DNA from: an uncultured Anaerolineaceae bacterium
GTDB taxonomy: Bacteria; Chloroflexota; Anaerolineae; Anaerolineales; Anaerolineaceae
Assembly: GCA_937897615.1 (NCBI GenBank)
Contig: CALCNO010000046.1
Coordinates: 9,463 to 73,462, forward strand
DNA: 64,000 bases
Reading direction: 5' to 3'
This document shows positions 36,669 through 49,037 of this stretch, one piece after another. Each line of letters begins with the position of its first letter. The stretch's first letter is position 1. The translations under genes were made by a program, and so were the position numbers. The notes beneath the pieces were generated by a model. It searched no databases, had not been told where the DNA came from, and worked only from the letters and a program-made list of their open reading frames with translations.

Positions 36669-37346
36669 ATGACGCCAAAAAACCTCATCGCAATCGATGG
36701 CCCGGCAGCTTCCGGAAAATCAACCTTGGCCGAGATCATCGCCCAAAAGCTGGGCTATTTTTACTTTGACACAGGTGTGATGTACCGCGCTGCTACTTTG
36801 GAAGCTCTGGAAAGATTTGGCAGTGTAGACGATGAAGAGAAGGTGTCGCAGCTGGCGGCCAGCATTCGCATAGACGTGCAGGCGCCGACTGTTCTGGATG
36901 ACCGGCGCATGGATGTGCTCGTGGACGGGCGCGACGTGACCTGGGAAATTCGTACCCCGCTGGTGGATAAAAATGTTTCCAAAGTATCTGCATATAAAGA
37001 GGTTCGCAGTGCGCTAACGGAGCAGCAGCGCCGTATTGGCTCGCGTGGCAATATGGTGATGGTGGGGCGCGATATCGGTACCGTGGTGTTCCCGGATGCT
37101 GCCAAAAAGATCTACCTGGACGCCAGCCCGGAGGAGCGCGCTACACGCCGCTACAAAGAGAACCTGTGCCGTGGAAGCAGCTCCACTTATGAAGATATTT
37201 TGGCCTCGATTCGCAACCGCGATAAGATCGATTCCTCGCGCTCGGTGGCACCGCTGAAGATTGCCGAGGACGCCTGCATCATCAATTCCGATGGAAAAAC
37301 AGTCGACCAGGTTGTTGCCGAGGCAATGGATTACCTGACCCATTAA
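36669..37346 (+). CDS. cmk: Cytidylate kinase
   Basis: Start trimmed to MTPKNLIAIDGPAASGKST (P-loop). This removes the 110-nt overlap with the upstream gene implied by the track ORF. Confidence 0.92.
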   Translation: MTPKNLIAIDGPAASGKSTLAEIIAQKLGYFYFDTGVMYRAATLEALERFGSVDDEEKVSQLAASIRIDVQAPTVLDDRRMDVLVDGRDVTWEIRTPLVDKNVSKVSAYKEVRSALTEQQRRIGSRGNMVMVGRDIGTVVFPDAAKKIYLDASPEERATRRYKENLCRGSSSTYEDILASIRNRDKIDSSRSVAPLKIAEDACIINSDGKTVDQVVAEAMDYLTH

Positions 37347-37413
37347 ACTCCAAAATGTTGCATAATATAGATGGACGAATTTGCCATCTTTGATCTCCCT
37401 GCTGGAGGGTGGT

Positions 37414-38751
37414 ATGTGTGACACAATCGTAGCATTGGGCAACTCAACTGCAGATGGTTCAGTGCTTTTTGCCAAAAACTCAGACCGTGATCCCAACGAA
37501 GCGCACGAGGTGATCCTTGTCCCGCGGCAAACACACCCGGCAGGATCAAAAGTTAAGTGCACGTACATTGAAATTCCTCAGGTGGCTGAAACCTATCAGG
37601 TGTTGTTGTGCAAACCCTTCTGGATCTGGGGGGCAGAGATGGGCTCCAACGAATACGGAGTGACCATTGGCAACGAAGCGGTTTTTGCACGCATCCCTTA
37701 TGGGAAAGAACCAGGCCTGATCGGCATGGATTTTCTCCGCCTGGCGTTGGAGCGATCAAAGACGGCTGACGAGGCTTTGGAGGTAATGACCGCATTGCTG
37801 GAAGAGTACGGCCAGAGCGGCAATTGCGGCTTTTCTCACCCGCTTTACTATCACAACAGTTATTTGATCTGTGACCAGAAGAGCGCCTGGGTGTTGGAAA
37901 CTGCCGCCAAGGAGTGGGCTGCCGAAAAGGTGAAAACGGTGCGATCCATTTCCAATGGCCTCACCATCGGTAAACATTGGGATAAGGCCTCTAAAGGCCT
38001 GGTTTCTTATGCAGTTGAAAAGGGCTGGTGCAAAAACGAAGCCGAGTTTGATTTTGCCGCCTGTTATGCAGAGCCGCTTTACACCCGTTTCAGCGATTCA
38101 CATAACCGCCAGGTGTGTACCACCGGCGCGCTGCTGGGCGCTGCCGGCAAGCTCACAGCGGAGAAAATGATCGCGCTTCTGCGCACCCATTCGGTTGCGC
38201 GCTCTGCCGAGTGGCGCCCGGATCGGCGGCTGGACGGTGCCGACGTTTGCATGCACAGCGGCTGGGGCCCTATCCGCTTTAGCCAGACGACCGGTTCGCT
38301 GGTTTCTCATATTGCCTCAGAATCAATCACGCATTGGGTTACCGGAACGGCTGCACCCTGTACATCGATCTTTAAGCCCGTCTGGCTGGATTGCCCGCTG
38401 CCCGACACCGGAAATGCACCCACCGGCGTATACGATCCTTCCACATTGTTCTGGAAGCACGAGTTGGTGCATCGCGGTATCCTGTGTGATTACCCGGCGC
38501 GCATCGGCCTGGTAGAAAATGACCGGGATACGCTGGAACGCGTTTTCCTTGTTGAGTCTGAGCGTGTGGCAAAGAGGGGTGCCAAAGAACGCGCTGCCTT
38601 TTCCAAAGACTGCTTTGAAAAAGCGGATGCACTGGAGACCAAATGGGGCCGGGAAATTGAAGGCCAGAAAATCACCAAAAAGAACGCCTGGCTTTATGCC
38701 AGTGCCTGGAACAAGAATAACCGGGCTGCAAAAATGCCGGGCAAAGGATAA
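37414..38751 (+). CDS. Peptidase C69 family dipeptidase (Ntn-hydrolase, Cys nucleophile)
   Basis: Start trimmed to MCDTIVALGNSTADGSVLFAKNSDR, the hallmark Met-Cys N-terminus of C69 peptidases. Confidence 0.8.
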   Translation: MCDTIVALGNSTADGSVLFAKNSDRDPNEAHEVILVPRQTHPAGSKVKCTYIEIPQVAETYQVLLCKPFWIWGAEMGSNEYGVTIGNEAVFARIPYGKEPGLIGMDFLRLALERSKTADEALEVMTALLEEYGQSGNCGFSHPLYYHNSYLICDQKSAWVLETAAKEWAAEKVKTVRSISNGLTIGKHWDKASKGLVSYAVEKGWCKNEAEFDFAACYAEPLYTRFSDSHNRQVCTTGALLGAAGKLTAEKMIALLRTHSVARSAEWRPDRRLDGADVCMHSGWGPIRFSQTTGSLVSHIASESITHWVTGTAAPCTSIFKPVWLDCPLPDTGNAPTGVYDPSTLFWKHELVHRGILCDYPARIGLVENDRDTLERVFLVESERVAKRGAKERAAFSKDCFEKADALETKWGREIEGQKITKKNAWLYASAWNKNNRAAKMPGKG

Positions 38752-38766
38752 CAACGCACAGGGATT

Positions 38767-41700
38767 ATGGTCGGCGCAACCCTTTTTGAGAATCTGCCAT
38801 ACGTGAACCTCCCCTCCGGCTTGTTGGGGTGGGTAGGTTGGTTTTCGCTGCTGGCTTTGATCCTGTGGGTGGTGCGCAAGAATTTCGTGCTGGAAACCCG
38901 CGAAGGATACTGGTGGACATTTGGTATTCTGGGGTTTGCCGCGCTGATAAGCGCCGTGGTGTTTATCTGGTATTTGCCCGGATTGCGCACCCTTCCTCTT
39001 CCGAGCCTGCCCCAGGAAGTCTCTTACCCGATTGTCCAGGTGCTTGGTGCTATCCCCTGGGTGCTTGCCGCGGGATTGTTGGGTGCCTGGCCGACTGTAC
39101 TGTTTGCCTTCCTTGCGGGAGCTTTTACGGCACTTTGGGGAACGCACAATGCCTTTACCCCGCTCGAGTTCTCGCTGGCGGCTTTATTGCTGGTTTTGTT
39201 GCTGCGGCAGAATTACCGGGCAAAGCTGTTCGGCTGGCTGCGCACCACTTTGGGGGCGGCAGTGGGAGCAGCAGTTCTGTGCACGCCGTTATTTCTGCTG
39301 ACAACTTTTTTCTCGACCAATGGTAATCTGGCGGCCCGCCTGGATTTTGCTTTCACGCAATCCTGGGTGACGATGTTAACCGTTGCGGCACAGTTGCTCA
39401 TCGCCGGCTTTGTGTGTGAGGTTTTCCAGGTTACAAAGGCCAAAAATTGGATCAAGTTCAAAATCTTTGTGCCTTCACCCTTTGAGACCGGGTTGCAGGA
39501 CAAAGTGCTGTATATTTCCCTGCCGTTGGTGCTGGCACTGCTGTTGACTCTTGCGGTTACCGATTGGGTGGTTGCCGGAAAAGCTGCCCGCGAAATGATG
39601 CAGTCGCGGCTTGAAAGCACGGCAAAAGTAGCCGTAGAGAACATCCCCGCAGTGATTGATACCGGGCAGGGCCTGGTTTTGGATATCGTTTCCAGCGGTA
39701 TCCCTTTGGACCGCAGAGACGTGGCGCAAGAGTTCCTTAAGGCCAAGTTGCGTACAGTGCCCTTCTTCTCGCAGTTATTCCTGTTTGATCTGACGGGCGT
39801 TCCCATTACAGGTTATCCGGTAACGGATGTGTCCACGATCAAGCTAAGTGCGGAAGAGACTTCCGCTATTCAACTTGCGCTCAATGGTGTGCAAATTCAG
39901 AATTACCTGGTCGCTCCCGAGGCAGGCGAGACTTCCGCGTATGTGGTGTACGTTGCGGCGATTCCGGATGAGTATGGGCTGCCAAAAGGGGTCATCATTG
40001 CGCGTTCTAATCTGGCTATCAGCCTGTTTTCGCAGCCTGCCATTCAATCTCTGCAGGAGGTGGTGCAGGAGGGAGGCAGCGGCGCTATTCTGGATGCGCA
40101 GAATCGCATTCTTTACAGCACTAATCCTGAATTGGTGTTTACCGAATACAAGAGTACCGTCCCAGCAACATCCTCTTTCTTTACAGAAACGGGAGCAGAC
40201 GGGGTGCAGCTGGTTTCGTATGCGGCCATTACCGACAAGCAGGATTGGAAGGTGATCCTTTCTTTGCCGGTTGGCTATGCCCAGCAACTGGCGCTTGAGA
40301 CCGCAATCCCACTGCTGGCAATCTCGCTGCTGATCTCACTGGCGGCATATTTCATGGTCCGCTTCATGGTCGGCGGGTTAACCGCTTCGCTCTCCGCCCT
40401 GGCAGTGAAAGCGGATGAGATTTCAAAGGGCGCTCTGGATAATCAGATCGAAATTCATGGTGTTGACGAGGTGGGGCGCCTCAGTTCCGCTTTTGAACAA
40501 ATGCGTGTGAATATGAAGAAGCGCCTGCAAGAACTGGACACGTTGCTGGACGTAAGCCAGGGGATTGCGAGCAATTTCGGCCTCGATCAGATTTCGCAGC
40601 ACATTCTCAATGCCTGCCTGGCGCATGATGCCGATTCGGCGCGCCTGGTGCTGCTTGGCGAGAATTTCTCCGGTGTCAATCAGAAGTATCTCAGTTATTC
40701 GGCTGGCAGGTCTGGCGATTCTTACAAAGACATGGACAAAACTCTGCTAGAGGTGCTCCAGGAAGAGCCGGTTCTGGTAATTCCTTCCAAGCCGCGCATT
40801 AAGCGAATGTTCAGTGACAAGAACGCCGTTACGCCATCCTCGCTGGCCGGGTGGTCGTTGCTGGATGGCGAAAAGCAGATGGGCATGCTTTGGGTTGGCT
40901 ACGACCAGCCGCATCGCTTCCAGGACGATGAGGTCAGGTTTCTCAACACAATTGCCGGGCAGGCGGTGGTGGCGGTTGCCAATGCCGGCCTGTACATGAA
41001 GGCGGAGGTTGGCAAGAGGCGCCTGGAATCCATCCTTGCCGCAACCCCTGAAGCGGTGTTGGTGGTGGATGACGAGGATTCGGTGCTGGTGGCGAACCTG
41101 GCTGCCCAGCAAGCTGAGGGAATTCTGGTGGCTGGCGAGGATTCCGAAAAACAGGAGTGGCATATCAATTCCCCTGTGCTTCTTGAATTCATCAATTCTC
41201 TGGGCGAAGGGGCTGAGGCCACCAAAGAGTTAATGCTCGAAAACGGCAAGGTCTATGAGGCTTCCATATCGGAAATCGAAACGGGAGATTCGAACGTTGG
41301 TAAGGTGTGCGTACTGCGCGATGTGACCGCTTTCCGCGAACTTGAAAAGCTGAAAACTGACTTTATTACTACCGTCAGCCATGATCTGCGCGCGCCAATG
41401 GGCATCTTGCGCGGCTACTCTACCATGATCCAGATGGTGGGTGAACTTAACCCGCAGCAAAAAGAATATGCAGGCAGGATTGCGGACGGGCTCGAAGGGC
41501 TCGATCAGATGGTAGAAAAACTGCTGGATATTGGCCGTATCGAATCTGGTGAAAGGCTGCAAACCGAGTCTGTGGCGCCGATTGACCTGGTGGATCATGT
41601 GGTGCGCTTGCTACAGCCGCAGGCTGCCCAGCGCAAGGTGCAGGTGATGCGGGAATTGACCCTCTCGCAAGATGTGGACATTGAAGCCGACAAGACCCTT

Positions 41701-42039
41701 TTGCAGCAGGCACTTTATAACCTTATCGACAACGCCATTAAATTCTCGCCGGTCAATGGGCAAGTCTTTTTGCGCTTGCAGAGTTTGGAAGATAAAGTGA
41801 TCTTTGAGATTCAGGATCAGGGGCCGGGCATTGCCCCATTGGATATCCCCAAACTTTTTGAACGCGGAACACTTGTAAGCCGGAATCAAGAAGGGTATGT
41901 CAAGGGGGGAGGACTTGGGCTGGCTATTGTAAAATCAATAGCAGAAAAACATGGGGGGAATGTATCTGTAAAAAGCGTATTGGGCCGTGGGAGCACTTTC
42001 TTCCTTGAGATCCCACTGCGACAGGATAAAAAAGAGTAA
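38767..42039 (+). CDS. Multi-domain sensor histidine kinase (polytopic N-terminus, HAMP, GAF, PAS-like, HisKA, HATPase_c)
   Basis: ~8 N-terminal TM helices. HAMP-like segment after a later TM. H-box TVSHDLRAPM. N/G boxes LIDNAIKFSP and GGGLGLAIVKSIAEKHGG. Confidence 0.88.
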   Translation: MVGATLFENLPYVNLPSGLLGWVGWFSLLALILWVVRKNFVLETREGYWWTFGILGFAALISAVVFIWYLPGLRTLPLPSLPQEVSYPIVQVLGAIPWVLAAGLLGAWPTVLFAFLAGAFTALWGTHNAFTPLEFSLAALLLVLLLRQNYRAKLFGWLRTTLGAAVGAAVLCTPLFLLTTFFSTNGNLAARLDFAFTQSWVTMLTVAAQLLIAGFVCEVFQVTKAKNWIKFKIFVPSPFETGLQDKVLYISLPLVLALLLTLAVTDWVVAGKAAREMMQSRLESTAKVAVENIPAVIDTGQGLVLDIVSSGIPLDRRDVAQEFLKAKLRTVPFFSQLFLFDLTGVPITGYPVTDVSTIKLSAEETSAIQLALNGVQIQNYLVAPEAGETSAYVVYVAAIPDEYGLPKGVIIARSNLAISLFSQPAIQSLQEVVQEGGSGAILDAQNRILYSTNPELVFTEYKSTVPATSSFFTETGADGVQLVSYAAITDKQDWKVILSLPVGYAQQLALETAIPLLAISLLISLAAYFMVRFMVGGLTASLSALAVKADEISKGALDNQIEIHGVDEVGRLSSAFEQMRVNMKKRLQELDTLLDVSQGIASNFGLDQISQHILNACLAHDADSARLVLLGENFSGVNQKYLSYSAGRSGDSYKDMDKTLLEVLQEEPVLVIPSKPRIKRMFSDKNAVTPSSLAGWSLLDGEKQMGMLWVGYDQPHRFQDDEVRFLNTIAGQAVVAVANAGLYMKAEVGKRRLESILAATPEAVLVVDDEDSVLVANLAAQQAEGILVAGEDSEKQEWHINSPVLLEFINSLGEGAEATKELMLENGKVYEASISEIETGDSNVGKVCVLRDVTAFRELEKLKTDFITTVSHDLRAPMGILRGYSTMIQMVGELNPQQKEYAGRIADGLEGLDQMVEKLLDIGRIESGERLQTESVAPIDLVDHVVRLLQPQAAQRKVQVMRELTLSQDVDIEADKTLLQQALYNLIDNAIKFSPVNGQVFLRLQSLEDKVIFEIQDQGPGIAPLDIPKLFERGTLVSRNQEGYVKGGGLGLAIVKSIAEKHGGNVSVKSVLGRGSTFFLEIPLRQDKKE

Positions 42040-42053
42040 ATTCGTCAATATGC

Positions 42054-42080
42054 TTGATTTTGTAAAAAAAGTGGTATAAT
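42054..42080 (+). promoter_or_regulatory. Candidate promoter for rpoC with an extended -10 (TGGTATAAT)
   Basis: TTGATT at 42054-42059 and TGGTATAAT at 42072-42080 (15-nt spacer to the hexamer, so mainly an extended -10 type). AT-rich context ~110 nt upstream of the rpoC GTG. Confidence 0.5.
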
Positions 42081-42191
42081 TTGCGGTTGCATGATTTTTA
42101 AGGATTTTTCTCCCTCTCTCTGACCCGCGCTTTTACCACCTGCGCGCTTATTTGTTTAATCGCATAAGGTTCCCATTCAGGAGGCAGTTTA

Positions 42192-45100
42192 GTGGAAACA
42201 AAAAGTTTAGTAGCTCTCCGAATTAATCTAGCATCACCGGAAACAATTCGAAGTTGGTCCTACGGCGAGGTATTAAAGCCTGAAACGATCAACTATCGCC
42301 GGCTTCGCCCGGAAAAGGATGGCCTTTTCTGCGAGGCGATCTTTGGGCCTTCTCGTGATTATCAGTGCTACTGTGGCAAATACAAGAATCCGCGTTATAA
42401 GGGCATTATCTGCGATAAATGCGGTGTTGAAGTAACCCGCTCGCTGGTGCGCCGCGAACGCATGGGCCACATTGACCTTGCCACACCGGTGGCGCATATC
42501 TGGTACACCCGCCGCACGCCTTCTTATCTTGGCCTGCTATTGGACATTACCCGCCGCAACCTGGACCGTGTGCTGTATTTTGCGCAGTACATTGTCACGT
42601 ATGTGGATGAGGATTCTCGCCAGAAGGCTTTGCGCCGTCTCGAGGATGAGATCAACAACTCGGAGCGCGAACAGGCGTCGGAGATTAACGCCCGTATTTT
42701 GGATGTGAAAAGTGGCCGCGACAAGAAGATTGCCGAGCTGCAGCAGCGCAAACTGGATATTGAATCCAAAGCCGATGAGCAGATTGCTTCCAAGCTGGCT
42801 CCGGTGGTGGAAGAAGGCCAATCTCTCGAGCGTATGCTCACTGAGAAGAATGGGCAGGTGCTGAAAAAGAAAGTGCTGTTTGAGAAAGCCTCCCTGTTGA
42901 TTGCAGATGCCGGCGAGACGGTTACTTCCAAGCATATTTCCAGTGTGCAAAAGGCCGTCAAGGAATCACTTGAAGAGATCGAAAACAGCTTCAAGAGTGA
43001 CCTCAAGCGCGATCTTGAACAGATCAAGATGAGCATTGAGCAGATCAAAGCCGAAGCTGATGAAACGATGGAAGGCCTGCGCAACGAACTTGAGGATCAA
43101 TCCACTGAATCTCAAGACCAGAACGCCCGCCTGCGCGATGAGCTGCAGGAACTGCACCCCTTTACCTTCCTGACCGAATCTCGCTACCGCGAACTGAAAT
43201 CGCGCTGGGGGCAGGTATTCCGTGCAGACATGGGCGCGGAAGCCTTCTATGATATTCTGCGCCGCCTCGACCTGGACAAACTGGCAGAGGATTTGTGGAC
43301 GGAGGTGAAGACCTCCAAGAGCAAGCAGAAGCGCAAAAAAGCGACCACGCGCCTCAAAGTAGTGGAATCATTCCGCCGCTCTGGCAACCGCCCCGAGTGG
43401 ATGATCCTGACCGTTTTGCCGGTAATCCCGCCCGACCTGCGCCCGATGGTGCCGTTGGATGGCGGCCGTTTTGCCACCTCCGATATGAACGATCTCTATC
43501 GCCGCGTGATCAACCGCAACAACCGCCTCAAGAGACTGCTTGAGCTGGGTGCGCCGGACGTGATCGTACGTAACGAGAAACGTATGCTGCAGGAAGCCGT
43601 GGACTCGCTGATTGATAACTCGCAGAGGGGCAAGGCGCTTTCTCGCCGTGGCCGCCGCGAACTCAAGTCCCTCAGCGATATGCTCAAGGGCAAGAAGGGA
43701 CGCTTCCGCCGCAACCTGCTGGGCAAGCGCGTGGATTATTCAGGCCGTTCAGTAATTGTGGTTGGCCCGCAGCTCAAGCTGTATCAGTGCGGCCTACCCA
43801 AGACAATGGCTCTGGAATTGTTCCGCCCGTTTGTAATTAGCCGCTTGAACAAGCGTGCCTACACCACCAATGTGAAAGGTGCCCGCCGCTTGATCGAGCG
43901 CAATAAGCCGGAAGTCTATGAGGTACTCGAGGAAGTCATTAAGGAACGCCCGGTGCTGCTTAACCGTGCGCCGACCCTGCACCGCCTGGGCATCCAGGCT
44001 TTTGAACCGATCCTCATCGAGGGAAGCGCGATCCAGCTTCACCCGCTGGTGACCACGGCCTTCAACGCGGACTTTGATGGCGACCAGATGGCTGTTCACG
44101 TGCCCCTGTCTGAGAAGGCGGTCAAGGAAGCGCGCAGTTTGATGCTCTCTTCCAAGAACCTGCTCAAACCGGCCGATGGCGAGCCTATCATCAGCCCCTC
44201 CAAAGATATGGTGCTGGGTGTTTACTACCTGACGATGGACGACAACCGACCGCACCGCGGCGATGGACGCAACTTTGCCGATATGGATGAGGTTGAATTG
44301 GCCTATCAGCTTGGCCAGGTGGAATTACACACCGATGTGAACATCCGTGTAAAAACCTGGTTTACCGAAAAGCACGATCGCCTACCGGAAGCCAAAGATG
44401 CTTTCATCAAGACTACTGTTGGGCGCGTACTCTTCAACCGTATCCTGCCTGCAGAAGTGCAATTCGACAACCGTGTGCTGGACAAAACTGGCGTCAAGAA
44501 CCTGATTGCGGATGTCTACGATATCTGCGGTGAGGCCGTGACGACCGAGGTAGCCGACCACATCAAGGACATTGGCTTCCAGTACGCCATGAAATCAGGC
44601 ACCACTATCGCCGTGGCAGATATTTCTGTCCCCGAGGAAAAGAGCAAAATCCTCGACGAGGCATACAAGGAAGTTGACAAACTTAACTACTACGTTCAGT
44701 ACGGTTTCTCAACCGAGTTGGAACGCAATGAAAAGGTCATCAACCTCTGGCAGGAAACCACCAAGAAGGTTGGCGAGGCAGTAAAGGATCACATGGACCC
44801 CAACGGCAACCTGGCAGTGATGGCCAGCTCCGGCGCCACTAAAGGCGGTTTTGGCCCAATTGCCCAGCTCGCCGGTATGCGCGGTTTGATGGCTGATCCC
44901 GCCGGCCGCATCATCCGCCTGCCAATTACCTCAAACTTCCGTGAAGGGCTGACCGCGCTGGAGTATTTCATCTCCACACACGGTGCGCGTAAAGGTTTGG
45001 CCGATACCGCGCTGCGCACGGCAGACGCTGGCTACCTCACCCGCCGCCTGGTGGATATTGCTCAAGACATCATTATTAATGAAGAAGATTGCGGAACCGA

Positions 45101-46457
45101 AGACGGCATCTGGATTCGCAAGGAAGATGATGTTGCCGGGCAAAAGATGAGCGAGCGCCTGTTTGGCCGCACAGTTCAAGGGCGTGTGATCGATCCTGCA
45201 ACCGGCGAGATTCTGGTGGAACGCGGAGAACTGCTGGACCATGAGTCAATCCGCAAGGTGATGAACGCCAAAGTGGACAAGGTGTTCGTGCGTTCTCCAA
45301 TGACCTGCTCATTGATCCACGGTATTTGTGCAAAATGCTACGGTATGGACCTTGGGCGTGGGAAGCTGGTGGAGTTGGGTTCGGCCGTCGGTGTTGTGGC
45401 TGCCCAGTCCATTGGCGAGCCAGGCACCCAGCTGACGCTGCGTACCTTCCACATGGGCGGTGTTGCCGTCAGCGGCGATATCACCACCGGTTTGCCCAGG
45501 GTGGAAGAGCTCTTTGAAGCCCGCCGTGAACCGAAAGGTGAAGCTGTGATCACCGGCATTGAGGGCTACGCGACCATCTTCCAGGGTGAGCGCGCTGGTG
45601 AGCAGCGCATCATCCGCGTGGAACATGTCGAAATGGTTTCCGATGACTATGAGATTCCTGAGGAATGGTCCATCAAGGTGAAGGCCAAGGATACAGCGGC
45701 CGTGGGTGATGTACTGGCCGAACTTGGCGATGCCCGGATGAATGCCCAGCACGCCGGCATCATTCGCGTGGATGGTCGCAAGGTGAGCGTGGCGTATGAG
45801 CAAAAGGAAACTGAGGATTACGAAATCCCCAGCACTTCACGCATCATCATTCAGGACGGCCAAAAGGTGGAAGCCGGCCAGGCCCTCACCGAGGGTTCAT
45901 TGAATCCGCATACCATCCTCAAGATCAAAGGCCGCGAGGCTGCCCAGGTGTACATCATGACCGAAGTGCAAAAGGTGTACCGCGCGCAGGGCCAGAACAT
46001 CAATGATAAGCACTTTGAGGTGATCATCCGCAAGATGGTCGGCAAAGTGCAGGTACTACGCCCGGGTGACTCCAGCTACCTGCCGATGGACATGGTGGAT
46101 CGCCTGGAACTCAAGCGGGAGAATGAGCGCCTGGTTGCCGAAGGCAAGCAGCCTGCACGCTTTGTAGAAATCCTGCTGGGTGTGACCAAAGCCTCCTTGA
46201 GCACAGATTCCTTCCTCTCGGCTTCCTCTTTCCAGCATACCATCAAGGTGCTGGCCGGAGCAGCCATCGCCTCCACTGAGGATCCTTTGTATGGCTTGAA
46301 GGAAAACGTCATCATCGGCAAGCTCATCCCGGCCGGTACTGGTTTTGTACACGGGCGCTTTACCCCCGTTACGGAAACCGTGGAAGGAACGGAAGCTGCC
46401 GAAGCGGTAAGTGAAGAGAACCCTGCAACTCCTGAAGAACCACAGGCTGCAGAATAA
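42192..46457 (+). CDS. rpoC: DNA-directed RNA polymerase subunit beta' (RpoC) with a large coiled-coil lineage-specific insertion
   Basis: GTG start after AGGAGG. Zn-finger [23 protein letters not shown], catalytic NADFDGD, and the bridge helix and trigger loop regions are all recognisable. Confidence 0.97.
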   Translation: METKSLVALRINLASPETIRSWSYGEVLKPETINYRRLRPEKDGLFCEAIFGPSRDYQCYCGKYKNPRYKGIICDKCGVEVTRSLVRRERMGHIDLATPVAHIWYTRRTPSYLGLLLDITRRNLDRVLYFAQYIVTYVDEDSRQKALRRLEDEINNSEREQASEINARILDVKSGRDKKIAELQQRKLDIESKADEQIASKLAPVVEEGQSLERMLTEKNGQVLKKKVLFEKASLLIADAGETVTSKHISSVQKAVKESLEEIENSFKSDLKRDLEQIKMSIEQIKAEADETMEGLRNELEDQSTESQDQNARLRDELQELHPFTFLTESRYRELKSRWGQVFRADMGAEAFYDILRRLDLDKLAEDLWTEVKTSKSKQKRKKATTRLKVVESFRRSGNRPEWMILTVLPVIPPDLRPMVPLDGGRFATSDMNDLYRRVINRNNRLKRLLELGAPDVIVRNEKRMLQEAVDSLIDNSQRGKALSRRGRRELKSLSDMLKGKKGRFRRNLLGKRVDYSGRSVIVVGPQLKLYQCGLPKTMALELFRPFVISRLNKRAYTTNVKGARRLIERNKPEVYEVLEEVIKERPVLLNRAPTLHRLGIQAFEPILIEGSAIQLHPLVTTAFNADFDGDQMAVHVPLSEKAVKEARSLMLSSKNLLKPADGEPIISPSKDMVLGVYYLTMDDNRPHRGDGRNFADMDEVELAYQLGQVELHTDVNIRVKTWFTEKHDRLPEAKDAFIKTTVGRVLFNRILPAEVQFDNRVLDKTGVKNLIADVYDICGEAVTTEVADHIKDIGFQYAMKSGTTIAVADISVPEEKSKILDEAYKEVDKLNYYVQYGFSTELERNEKVINLWQETTKKVGEAVKDHMDPNGNLAVMASSGATKGGFGPIAQLAGMRGLMADPAGRIIRLPITSNFREGLTALEYFISTHGARKGLADTALRTADAGYLTRRLVDIAQDIIINEEDCGTEDGIWIRKEDDVAGQKMSERLFGRTVQGRVIDPATGEILVERGELLDHESIRKVMNAKVDKVFVRSPMTCSLIHGICAKCYGMDLGRGKLVELGSAVGVVAAQSIGEPGTQLTLRTFHMGGVAVSGDITTGLPRVEELFEARREPKGEAVITGIEGYATIFQGERAGEQRIIRVEHVEMVSDDYEIPEEWSIKVKAKDTAAVGDVLAELGDARMNAQHAGIIRVDGRKVSVAYEQKETEDYEIPSTSRIIIQDGQKVEAGQALTEGSLNPHTILKIKGREAAQVYIMTEVQKVYRAQGQNINDKHFEVIIRKMVGKVQVLRPGDSSYLPMDMVDRLELKRENERLVAEGKQPARFVEILLGVTKASLSTDSFLSASSFQHTIKVLAGAAIASTEDPLYGLKENVIIGKLIPAGTGFVHGRFTPVTETVEGTEAAEAVSEENPATPEEPQAAE

Positions 46458-46472
46458 AACAAATCTGCTTGG

Positions 46473-46507
46473 AACAAGACCCTGATTGCCAGGGTCTTGT
46501 TTTTTTA
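46473..46507 (+). terminator. Rho-independent terminator after rpoC
   Basis: 12-bp stem AACAAGACCCTG / CAGGGTCTTGTT with a 5-nt loop, followed by a T7 run. Confidence 0.85.
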
Positions 46508-46559
46508 ACATTGTCCGTGGTGTACACTTATTGTAAGAACTGCCTTTACGGAGAAGAAA

Positions 46560-49029
<2,470 letters not shown>

Positions 49030-49037
<8 letters not shown>

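Noticed and set aside
37369-37392. Hairpin AGATGG...CCATCT after cmk, considered as a terminator.
   Set aside because: It has a 6-bp stem with a 9-nt loop and only three trailing T residues. This is not convincing and may be incidental.
42126-42157. Short GC hairpin (CGCGC, 11-nt loop, GCGCG) followed by CTTATTTGTTT in the rpoC leader, considered as an attenuator.
   Set aside because: It has only 5 bp with a large loop and an interrupted U-tract, which is too weak to call from sequence alone.
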